From Klebsormidium nitens (lineage: Eukaryota; Plantae; Klebsormidiophyceae), in assembly GCA_000708835.1 (NCBI GenBank), contig DF237192.1:1-64000 (forward strand): a DNA stretch of 64,000 nucleotides. The letters are read 5' to 3'. Shown in pieces: positions 1 through 11,522 of the stretch (position 1 is its first letter; the number at the start of each line of letters is the position of its first letter). Both the position numbers and the translations under genes were made by a program. The notes under the pieces are model-generated. The model saw only the letters and a program-made list of their open reading frames with translations. It did no database searches and was not told the DNA's origin.

Positions 1-249
1 ACCGCTGTCGTTTCGCTAACAAGCAGCTAACGAAATCCTGACGAGAACGAGGTTAGGCTTAACCAGACGTAATCGTCACAAGAATTGCCAGCTGGCGGTC
101 CCTTTCAACGGAACACAAATGTAGAAACGTCCAAAGAAGATCCATCCACAATGGAAAAAGCTTGGTAAACTCAGGGCTATCTGGTGTTCAAGCAACCCAT
201 CCAGTCGGGAGTGCGCTTCTGCCAGATGGAATAAGCGGAGGGTATTCAC

Positions 250-3200
250 CTGAGGACAGTAAACCCGAGGCACATGTAGGCCGCGACGCACAGCGCGACC
301 AGCGAAGCGATCGCGGGGACGGGTGTGAATGCGGTCCGTAGGTGTGAATGGTACTCCAGGGAGAAGAGCGCGAGGGTGGCCAGCGGGAAAACGTACGCCC
401 AGCTGGCCATCTCAAACCTGCACACGTGGCAGGTTGGGTTTGGTCGAGTCGCTAAGGGTAGGTTTGACGTGCTCTCTGACACGGTTCTGGATCTGGGCCT
501 ACAAGAGAGATGAGAGAGTGAAGGGAAATAAAAGCTTACTGAAATGCATTTTTGAGGAGGGCTAGACGAAATCGTCACCACTTTCAGCATTCAAGTGCAC
601 TAGAACTGGCTCCAAATTCCGAGCGGAAAAGGGGGTAGATCCAAGAGCAGGCTTCGGAGCAAAGCGGAAAAGGCATGATGAAAATGTCAGGGGAGGGGCC
701 CCAGAAGCAGGACCGAGTGAATCAAGTGAAGACGGCTAAAAAATTTCACGAAGCGGGAAGTAGGACAGAAGCTGATTGACTCCGGCCCAAACATGCTCCA
801 GAACTAGTGCACTCCGGACAAAGTGCATATGTTGAGACGCGCCAGATGCAGATCGGGTCAAGCCCGTCAAAACCAGGAAACCGAGAATGAAACTGTTCTT
901 ACCTAGACCAGAAGTAACCCGTGATCCCCAGCCAGCACATAACGAAGAACCAGACCCAGCTAATGAAGAAAAGGATCCGGGTAAACTCGTCCCAAACCCC
1001 CAGGGTTAGCGACAGGTACGCTAACCCGGCCATCGCCGGTGCCGCCATGTAGATAAACACCGAGGGGCGCAGCTTCTCTTCCAGGTTCCCGCTGGTTATG
1101 ACGCGGGTTAGGGTGAGGGTTAGCAGCACGAGCCACATGAGGAGGGCGAAGCTGAACCAGAGGTAACCCGCTTCTTGGAACTCGAGGGTCTTGCTCACGT
1201 AGCCCTGCAAGTGGGAGCGTAACAATTGATTCGTGGTGCATACAGAGAAGGGTCTTTTACACAGCGTTTCTTGTACGAAAATGGGCGCCAAAGCACGGTT
1301 ACACCTTGCTTAACCATAATTTGACCAGTCTTGGCTAGCAACAAAGACCCGGTTGGATGCCATGGCGGAGTTGCAGAAGAGACGCGGGCTGAACAAAGAA
1401 AATTCTATATAAGCAATCCGAGAGTTTTTCCTCTTTCCGAACTGCGGTCAGCCAACGAGCTGATGTATTGCAAGAGTCTCATATGGCTGATTGAGGGTCA
1501 CTAACCGGATTCGAATGAGCTAGCTGACAGGCAACCTACCGAATTTCCACGGCAAAACCCAGGGTCGATATGAGCGTGATCGAAAAGTAATGCACGCTTG
1601 AATATTTCCAATCCGAAGCAGGGACTGAGCATATTTGAACACTCCGTTGGATCCTGTTCGGACCATCGTTTCTGGAGATGCGCATTCGGCGAGGCTCTAG
1701 TCGACGTGCCTGCTAAACGTTCCTTGCATTCTGTTGGCATAGGTTTCGTTTTTTTAACGAGTACCTGGACAAACGGCGCCACGAAGGCCGCGACAAAGTT
1801 GCCTAGGACCGGGATCATCCAGGCGGGGTTGACGCTGTGAAGGAAGAACGGGGAGCGGATCCACCGGGCGACCATGATGACTGCGAGCAATAGCTGGATG
1901 GGCGCCGCGATCCACTGCAGAAGAGAAAGAAGAGTCAGATCGGCAGTTACCCGAAAACGAGGCGCTTGATCTGAAGCTCTTGAGTCCCCGCCCGTTCCCA
2001 TTGGGTTTCGGTCCAGATGATAACTCTGGAACAGAATATGATCCAAATAATCCTCTTTCGGATCAACTTAGTCCTTTAAAGCTGTGGGAATGCCCTCTCG
2101 ACAATCGAGACGATGATGCTGTCATAAGCGAGTTTCTGCAGTTTGGAGTCAGTAATCAGGGCAATCATCGCGAGACAAAAGCAGTCCATATCGTTCCATT
2201 TAGATGCTGCCATGGTCGAATCTTCAGGCGTGCATGTACGGAAGTGGACGCTCCAGTCCGGGTTGCGTGTGCAACGTTCTGAACCCGGAGCCTTCTGAAT
2301 CCGGAGCCTTCATATGAAAAATAGAAAAAGAATCAGAAATCGGGGACTTGGAGTATCTTATGCACTTACGAAGAGAACCTCGCAGAGCCGGGGGCGGTCA
2401 CCGGCTGCCGCCACGTACGCGTAGAGCAGGAGGGTGATGGTTACGGTCGAAAAGAAGTTGCTGTAAACTGCGGTGGGAATCGGAAATGGGATTATTGGAA
2501 CGGTCTTGAAACACAGGGCATCCACTTCTTGCATTGCTCCGGAGCCACCGATGTAAAGCTAGGGAGCTGCTCCGAATCAAAACTTACAGATGGCGAGAAT
2601 AAGATGTTGTCAGCAACAGAGACTCATAAGGTGAAAGCGGATTGACAGCCTGATCTTAGGTGGAAGATCGATGTCGGAAGCAGGGTAACTGTCACTAGGG
2701 CCGATCCTGCGCAGAGTTTAGCTAGGTGGAAAACCTCAGGCTGACGTCTTGGTAGCATCACTCGAGTCGTTTTCTTTCTTTGCGCAGCTTAAGTGATCCA
2801 GGAACCTGCCACAATCAACTCTGAGGGAATCCAATGCATGGAGGTCGTAAACCCCTCAACGCATTCCGGGAATGTCCAAGTCAAGCGTCGAAGGAGCCCC
2901 AAGATCTTTCACTTGATTTGCAAACCCCTTTACGACCCTCGTATATATAGACGAAGACCTCTCTTAGTCCTCGTTAGACCCATCGCAAAACGGTGGTCCT
3001 CAATTCCGACAGCGTTGTTGAAAAATGGACAAACTCCTGACTTGCTTACAGAAAGGCTGTCGCACTATCCGCTTACCCGGATGGGCCCACTCCTTGGCGA
3101 TCTTGCGCGGGTAAAAGAGGCAGCGAGAGGCGTATAACGTTAGGAGCACCGCAAAGACGACCGCGCTCGCGATGCCAAAACCCTGCCACAGGCCCTTGGG

Positions 3201-6200
3201 AGTATGGATGGCGTCCTGGGCAGGAACCCTGAGCAAACGGATCGTGTCAGAAACTTCCTGCTTGACCGTGACAGTCCCGGGAAGCGGAATCCAATCGCAA
3301 CAGGAAAACGACTTACTATGTCCAGAGAGTTTTTGAAATATATGGGAACGAACCGCTCAAGACGACAGAACTTACGCATGGAGTACGATCGAGATTGTGG
3401 GTCCTAAACCCTATCAATGACGACAGAAGCTGAGTTGAGGTTCAATCGCAGTGAGCTTTTCCGAGTCAGCACGGTCGAAATTCTGAAGCGTTTGCATGAA
3501 ACTGACCGCCTGGGTTTGATAAGGCAGCGGCGCCGCCTAAGCAGGTGCTCGTCATTTCAACGTCAAGAAAACATTCTCTGCTTGCAAGGGCGGAAGGAAT
3601 CATTGAATGTTGTTGGTTGTTTCACGTCGCACGACGAGAAATAGTGCAGGTGGCTCTTCGCTTGAATTCCCTTTGGGGAGTAGCTCTTTGCTTGCCGTGG
3701 CGAGTTGGAACAAAGTGTAGAAAGTATGGGATGGGAGATACGATTCAAGTGCTTTTCCACCAGACATGATTGGCGTCCAGTTGGATGCCCTTGAAAGCAA
3801 GCAGGAGCTCCCAGAGTTATGAGGGTTCTCACCAGACACAGGCCAAGCCAGCCAGCCCCATCGGCGCAGCGAACCAGGAGACCTGCGTGTGACGGATGAA
3901 GTGACGGTCCTCCTTACGGAACTCGTCGCTTTTGTCGACCTTGTAATAGAGCGCCACGTCAGCCGCCCGCTCTGGAAGGCTTCCCATGAAGACGGCGTCC
4001 TGCAGAGAAAGGTCGTCACTGCTCTTGAAGGCGTTAGCCACGTTTTATCAGCTGTGTCACAGAATTCAGGGTTGAAATGAAAGCGCTATGCAGCATTTTA
4101 GTGGTCATATTTTCTGAGCTAGCTTCGACTAGACCACTGATAATCGAGGTCAATGTTTCATTGTGTTTTGCGTACCGGACACCTAGATGCGGAAGTCAAT
4201 CTTGCAGGAAGATTTGCGGAGAGTTCTCTTCTCGATCCACTTGGGTAGTACCGATTTGGTAGTTCGTATCAGCAACAAAGCAACAGAGTATGTATGATGC
4301 AGCAGGCTCATCATTCTCTGCACTCCTCAAATTGCAGACACAAGCAAGTTATCAAGCTCTACGGTAGTCCAGGCGCTTCTGACCATCGTTTGCTAACTTC
4401 TGGTTGAGCTCAATTCCGATTCCTGGTGTTCATTTGAAAGCCTGTGTAGCTGAAGCCTTATTTCAGGACCTTTGACGAGTGCTTTATCCCAACACTCAGA
4501 GTCAGGCCGTTGCTGTCGCCCTACCGTTGTCTTCGCATTAAGCGGCTTAACATCGTCCCAAGCGTCCCCAGCTTCCAAATCTCGGAGCATAGCGTGTGCC
4601 TCGTCCTTGAATTCGCCGCTCACTAGCCCGGCCTTGACCAAGAGGCCGAACATCCAGCAACCGGCGCAGAAGTTGATGAAGCACTCCAGGGCGGCGGCGC
4701 CTGCAAACATATCGGCCAGTCAGGAGATTGCGTTTATTTTCAATCACATAAGTTGCTGCTTTAGGACGGAAATGGTGGACTGAAAAGCAAGCTGCAGGAA
4801 GTTCTTTTTGTATCAGCACAGACTCCCCATACATCCCAGAGAGCATCAGACATCGGAGCTGCAAAAAATCATCCTTCTATCAAGACTGGTTCGTAATGGC
4901 CAAGAAAGGTGGATGCAAGAATGCATTGCTCTTTCAGCAGATATCACTGCCCGTCACTTCTGCAAGAATGTGAAATCGCAGTCCGTCACTTCAAGCCAAG
5001 CTGTGAATGAAACTTTCAAAAGAGAAGCACTTTGCTTTGCGAACCATCTGGATCGGAGGTGTTCATCCCAGCTTTGCTTTTGATGGACATTCCACACGTT
5101 GGAAAAGACCTGCTTGAAAACCCCCAGACGACGACTCCTTTTACACGAACTCTGTATACAAAGCGGACGTTCCGGTCACACTTAAACAGAGCATACTGGG
5201 ATCTCGACTTCCTACCAATAAGACTCTATCGAACAAATGGGGCTGATTTCCTGCTTCAAAACAGCCACCAATTTTCTATGCCCTACTTTCCCAGCTTCTT
5301 ACCTGCCAAGGCAGCGAGGAAGCATGAGGCAGCAATGGTGTTCTCCGCCGCAAAGAAAATCAAGGCCGCCATGAAGGAGAAGAAGAAGCCGCAGAAGACG
5401 GCAAATTGTTTTGGGGCACCGTCCACATAAGCTTTGGGAAGGAAAGCCGCAATGACAGATGAGGTGACACCAATGGGGCTGAAGATGCCCCCAAACACAA
5501 TCCTGCATGTTGGAAGGTTTTTAAAAATCTATAGGCTGCTAGCAGAAAAGGATTGTCCTGCAAATGGTTGCCAGTAAGGTGCGGGGTTTGGGCCCGGACA
5601 GGGTCAAAGGAGTTTGCAGATTGGCTCTTCATCCAGGTTCAGCTCTTTGAATCAATAGATGCATCAGTCTTTAACCTGAGGGGATGCAGAAAAAAGGAGC
5701 CCTGTACCGCAAGTAATGTCCCCAAAAGCAGGCAGAACTTAAAATATCTATGAAAACACTTAGGAGCCAAATACATTGTGCAGCTTCTGACCATACCAAA
5801 TTTTACTGCAGGAGGTGAGGCCCCCTTCGCAAGTAACTTTCTGCAAGGCTTCCTTGTTGTGCAACTTATCTAGCTGGGGTAAGCTTGCACGGTTCTCACC
5901 TGGAGAGATAGTCGGCAGCCAAGCCGCCAGTGGCAAATGCGATGGTTTGCTGTGCCCGGAAGATAATTGACAGCACGCAAATCAGGACCACTGTAGGATA
6001 GCATGGAGAAGCTGTGGTTAGGGAAGCGTGTTCGACCAAACATCTGCCCTGGAACCTAAGTACTTTGGTACCAGGTTATGAGCCTTCTGAGCTCTCAAGT
6101 GCAACCAGAAGGGTCCATACGCAGAAGCTTCGAGGGGCCTTGTTTATTTTCATCTACCCGCAAACTCAGACGAGTCTTGCTTGCTTGCATGAGTCCATGC

Positions 6201-6848
6201 TAGCGCGCTGGCAATTGGAGTATGCAGCATGCTGGCTTTGCTTTATAGTCCATCAATTGAGTCTTCTAGCTTTAGACTTCCCTGACCCAGCTGAATATGT
6301 ATCAAAAGCCTAGCATGTATACAGAATTTGTTTAAGAATAGAGAAAATTGACTTTTTAGTTCAAAAAGAAGGTCAATAATTTTGTTATCTAAACTGCAGC
6401 GCAACATTCTTTTCTTTGATTGAACCTGCTTGGAGCTAGGGGTTCATTCATATATAAGGCAGTATGGTTGATCACGTTACATCATAATGCGCCGTTATGT
6501 GAAAGAGAGCTTGAAAGCCTTTCTAGACACTGAAATGGACAAAAGTAATTCTACAAGACCAGCTACTGCACCAGACACCCTGAAGAGAACCCAGAAACGG
6601 GTTGTGGTAGCATCACCTGTTCCGGAGGTCAACCGTGCCACATTCTCGTTGACCTTCTGGGGAAACCAGAAAAAAGGCACCAGGGACCCAGCCCTGGCCC
6701 TGCATCTGCTAGCTCTGTCAGCAGTCTTGGGCTCCTTCTCCCCTCCATCAGGCCTGCCGGTGCCTGTTGGGAATCCAGGGGGGCCTCCTGCAGACACCAG
6801 CTGCGGTTCCTTCAAAGAAGCCTCCACATGATTGGCGAACTCTTCCAT
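250..6848 (-). CDS. DUF4395-domain / SLAC1-TDT (tellurite-resistance/dicarboxylate transporter) family anion channel fusion; 3' end not resolved (may run off the window)
   Basis: Phase-consistent exons 6848-6617, 5990-5900, 5502-5303, 4700-4525, 3999-3833, 3228-3077, 2467-2370, 1914-1765, 1204-903, 417-250. The N-terminal part has DUF4395-like motifs FPQKVNENVARL, DYLSRIVFGGIFSPIG, KQFAVFCG and AALECFINFCAGCW. The C-terminal part has SLAC1/TDT motifs SWFAAPMGLAGLA, EWAHPVYSNFF, VNPAWMIPVLGN, PSVFIYMAAPA and FEMASWAYVFPL. Confidence 0.85.
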
Positions 6849-7280
6849 GTTGCTCGGGCTGCTAGCCGGATACTGGAAGAGAGCGGTGGCAAGATTGGCA
6901 ATGCGGATTCAGGAGAGCAGCTGGCTCACTAGCAGGATGCGTCTGCTCCCTCATCAAAAGCAAATGAGTTTGTTTGAGCTGTTCATGTGCGCAGGACTCC
7001 GCGGCAGGAGCTCGGCCCCAGCTGCATCAGTGCAAGAAACGTAGCATGCTTGCCAGTGCATTTGCAAGTCACTGCTTCACCACCAGCAGAGTGCGGTGCG
7101 GGTGTAGTCCTCCACCGTCAGTAATTAGTGCTATATGACCACATGGGTGTTGGCCGGCAGTACCCGCTTTCGTCATCAGGTGTTGACTCCATGCCCGGTG
7201 GGACGGTTAACACTGTACTTAACGGGACGCTAACCATCGGTTTCGGCGTTCAACAGAAGACAACCTCAGTGCTCAAGCTA

Positions 7281-7569
7281 CCGTAGTCCAAGGTAATGAT
7301 TCCAAATAAATAAATAATTATCTGCATTAAGAAGTCAGAAATTCGGATTTCGCATTCGGAAAGTGGAAATTCGGAAAGGTTTATTATTCCCGAAATGGTC
7401 CTCGTAAGCCCGAAAACGGCCAAGTTCGGCCTCAAAATCCCCTTCCTAGTGGGAACATACGGGATTCGGATTCTTGTCGGAATCAGCATAAATAAATCCG
7501 CTTTTCTGGTCGGATTGTCGAAAAACAATTCCAAATAAAATCGTTCGAAATCATCACGTTGGACTACGG
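7281..7569. mobile_element. 289-bp MITE, TA target-site duplication (Tc1/mariner-pogo type)
   Basis: Left end TA|CCGTAGTCCAAGGTAATGATT versus reverse complement of right end TA|CCGTAGTCCAACGTGATGATT (21-bp TIR, 2 mismatches). TA at 7279-7280 and 7570-7571. AT-rich, non-coding interior. Confidence 0.75.
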
Positions 7570-9650
7570 TAACTGTTCAATCTAACCCCATACATCCGCC
7601 GGGCCCCGAGCAATGGCATTATACACAGATACCACCTCAGTGACCTCATGCCTCATGAGACCTAGTCAACGTACGGATAGCGGAATTCCCGGTCCCGGTG
7701 AGTCTTGGAAGTTGGCAGCAGTGGAATCCCTTCCGAGGTTTCGACGGCGCAAACGGGCCACCAGGCACACGTCAGCGGTCCGAATTGTTTGATAACCATG
7801 GCGGTCAACCGGTTCACTCAACCGAGGGGTAATCGTTGTCGGATGAGGCAGATTTTAGGTGGTCGGGTGAGACTAGCCGACCAGATCGACGGGTGGGACC
7901 CGTGACCAGTCAGCCCCGGAGCCGACAGATATCAGTTCGAAACTCCGTGTCGAACGGTGCCGTTTTGGCGATTTGCAGTTTGACTTATTTTCGGAGCAAA
8001 TCAGACTGTGCCACGTAGCCTTGCGGGCCCCATGGAGCTTGCCGCATCCCGATTCCGATCCCGATCATCCGCTTCCGATGAGTCGGTGCATTTACTGATA
8101 CCGTTATTGCCAATCCGCCGCCCTGGGCCTAGGCACATCAAAGGCTGATCCAGTAGTATGAACGTCGGACAAAGCCTGAGCAGCAGAATTACATAATTAG
8201 ACTGATGCAGAATATCTATCACTCATATTTGCGGGATGAAGAACCGTCCAGTGCATCCAGCTTCATTCATTCCTCTGGCACCGTACGCCAGCTCTACATG
8301 CATATGCTTGAATGGTTGTGATTCATCGATCGATGGCATCTGATGGCGCGCGGCATTTTGGCTGACATCATAGTACTGATGGTCAAATGCAACGTGAAGC
8401 TTCTGCTGCAACAAGCTGAACTTTCTGCTGAGTGATTTGTGAAGGCAAGAGTGGCAAGTTCAACCATTGAGCCTTCGGAGCTTCTCTGAACGAACTCATG
8501 GAGTGGAGCCTAAAAAAATTACGGAAGATTCCTATTACATGCAACTCAATTATCCAGTGGCTTGATCGCTTGAGCGTCATTGGTAAGTAACATTGTCCTA
8601 GTAGTGTCCAGTGACGTTCCTATCCTGTAAGATTTCTCACCATTTGAGATGGTTCTGAGGCTCGTGGCTACTGTCAATGGAGCCCCAATGGAGCTAAATA
8701 TCACTCTTAATTATGATCGTGTTGCTTGCTTGAATCTGGACCGGGCCTGGTGACTGCCAAACGATCATGCATATGCAAGAGATGATGCACCAGACTTCAT
8801 CATCATGTGGATCAGTGACACAGTGAAGAAAGACATTCCAAGATTTATTAGCAGAAATTAAGGCCAGCTTTCGAGTCCTTCCTAGAATAGCCTGCTATAA
8901 TTTATTAAAACGTTCTTGTCATCCTTGCGGCCTTTATGGCGTGGTAGTTGATCTATATAAATATGGCAAGGGTTTCCCTGTACCTGACATGGAGTAGTCC
9001 CAATGGGAGAAAGGATCTTAATGGTCAGGTCTTGGTCTTGCGTCACTAGACTTCAGAAGCTGTCAGACTCAGTCGTTGGACAGTCCACTCAAGGAAAGAG
9101 GAGATCCAGGAGAAATTAAGAAGGGGGGGGTTGGATGGGACAGGCTTAGTCGGAGACGGTACTACTAGGTCAATGAAAGCGATCGTTAGCTAGAACACCG
9201 TAGTTGTCCCAAGGCCCAATTTGCAGAAAGAACGCTCTGCTTTTAGCTCTGGTGTCTTGCCCGTGTTTTGTCCTCAAGTTTGCAAGTCTCTACTTTTCAG
9301 AGCATCGGAGGAGTAACGGTCCGGGTAAGCTCAAAGCTGTTTACATGGTGACTGGCCGGGCCCACTCGGTCGCTTTGGGCGCGAGTTATAATGTAATTAC
9401 CTGCGCACGGTGGTATGAAACCCGGTTGTTTTGACTCGCGCGAAGTGTTCGGAGTCGCGCGAAAGTGCGCTGGTAGCGCGCGCCGCCTCTACCGCGGCCT
9501 GCCCGACGAGCAAGGGCGGGGGGCAGGGTTTCGGAAAGATGACGTGGACTTGAGCACGTAAAGAGTGTATCATTATCCGGCTGGGAAGCATTTTGATTGG
9601 ACGCTTCCTGGTGGCTTTAGCTGGTGACGTTGGATCAAAGGGTTTTAGAA

Positions 9651-9849
9651 AAACTGGCGACATTTGTGTTCACTTAGGGCCGTGTTCACTTAAGAACAGG
9701 TCCCGGCGACGGATAGGGTTGGTTTGGTGGTTAGGGTGGGTACGGGTGCGAAGCGTGTAATCCTTTTAGTTTAGGTTTTTAGTTCGTTTTTGCCCCGGGC
9801 GGATACTTAAGTGAACACAAGCTTAAGTGAACACAGATGTCGCCAGTAT
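9651..9849. mobile_element. ~199-bp MITE with ~42-bp TIRs and a flanking 9-bp direct repeat
   Basis: ACTGGCGACATTTGTGTTCACTTAGGGCCGTGTTCACTTAAG (from 9653) versus inverted CTTAAGTGAACACAAGCTTAAGTGAACACAGATGTCGCCAGT (to 9847). GTTTTAGAA occurs on both flanks (9642-9650 and 9850-9858). Confidence 0.8.
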
Positions 9850-11522
9850 GTTTTAGAAGGGGTTTGATCGGCTCATTGGCCGTTTGAACTGGTTGGGGCG
9901 TACAAGATAGATCTGATACAACATCTGCTGTGCTTATGCAGTTCACTGAGACAAAAGAATCAAAAGAATCAGAGGGCTGAGGATGTGCAGGGAAGCAGGG
10001 AGAGGATAATTACCTACTAACCACTCCTCGCTTTGGGCATTGTTGGCGGCAGAGTTGCGCGATAAGCGCCTCTCGGGATCGAAAGCTTGCCTTCGCTAGA
10101 ATTCGTTGCAGGGTTTTCGCACGCGCTATATATATAACGGATGCTCGCGCACGTGCAGTTCGTGTGCGCGAAACTTGCTGCGGCGCCGCCTTCATCGCCA
10201 CCGAGCAGATCGGTATCGGAAAGTCGGTTGAGAAACCCCGGGCCCGGTCAAGCGATAGGCTTAAAATCGAAGCTCGTGGTAAGCTGAAATTGGTGCACGA
10301 GAACGGGTACTTCACGGGAGCGTCGGAACTCGGAACCTCGTACGAGGGACGAGCATGAGTGGGCACAGGGGCGTTTTCTGGATCGACTTTGAGAGGGCCG
10401 AAATGGGAGCGAAGAGCGGGATGACGTGGGAGCTGACAGAAAACACCTGGGCGATTGAGTCACAACAGAGGGGACTCGCGTTCGGTAGGCTTCGTAGGCT
10501 AGAGAAATAGCAGGCGTTGTGATACAACATTCGCAAGAATGCTCAACCGTTCAATGCTCCAGATGGTGATGTTTGTTAGCGCTCATTAATCGAGTAGAGC
10601 GTGTGCTTAATTCTTTATGGTGAGAACTTGTAAAGATGAAGATGGGCTGAAGGCACCTTGCGGACGGTCCTTTGTAATAATGCCAACTCGGATCCGAGTC
10701 GACGATACGATACGAGGGCGGGAAATGACGCACAAAGCCTGGTCTAACGCTGGCAACATACTCAATGCTCCCCGTTTTATATGCATGGAGTTTGGATAAG
10801 CAGAAGTTTACGTTGAGCGACCAACATCACCTTCCAGTTTCCATCTCACTATTACTCTCAAAGCACTTTTCAAGAACCAGAAATGTTATATGGACACGAA
10901 AGCTCTCCGATCCTGGTTTTGCAGCAGCATGTCATGATCCAATCCGACACATGTTTCCACCGTTCAATCCTGGTCCAGAAATCGCATGTCTTTGAGGTCC
11001 ATTTCCATAATACAATGACAACATACATAGTCACAATTGTCACAACTACTGAGGATGTCGCATCTGACTAAGTATTAGTGAGTTCTAGCGTTCTCACGGT
11101 GCGCTTGATGGGCTTTCTTCTGTGCAAGTCTCAAAACTATTCAGCTCTTACGTAAGTGTGGCCGTTCTGACTACGTGTCACTTCTGCGGTTTCCGGTCGC
11201 TTGACCAATAAATACAAATAAAACCAAATCACGCATGTTTAAGTTATTGTCCAACTTGATGGACCCGACTGAAATTTTCACGAAGGGCACACTACGAAGC
11301 TTAGCTAGTGCTCCCGGGTCTCAGAGGCTTCATAAAGACGGGTCGTCCAATCCTCACGTTTCCGTCCGCTTGCCGTGTAATTCATCGCACGCCCGTCTCT
11401 GGTCCTAATATTCCATCCGCCTTTTTCCCATTCCGGTTCCACCTCAAGGGTTTCAAAGCCACTGCTAGAAGCTGGTTAACCAAACCCGCGCGCGGCGCTG
11501 GCCGCGCACGCGCACATAATTA

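Noticed and set aside
3770-3830. Possible exon echo downstream of the channel-gene donor at 3833
   Set aside because: Only short patches match (CTCCTG, TGTCTGGTG); too weak to call.
7600-9200. Short ORFs in the intergenic region upstream of the channel gene
   Set aside because: No motif or exon structure could be supported.
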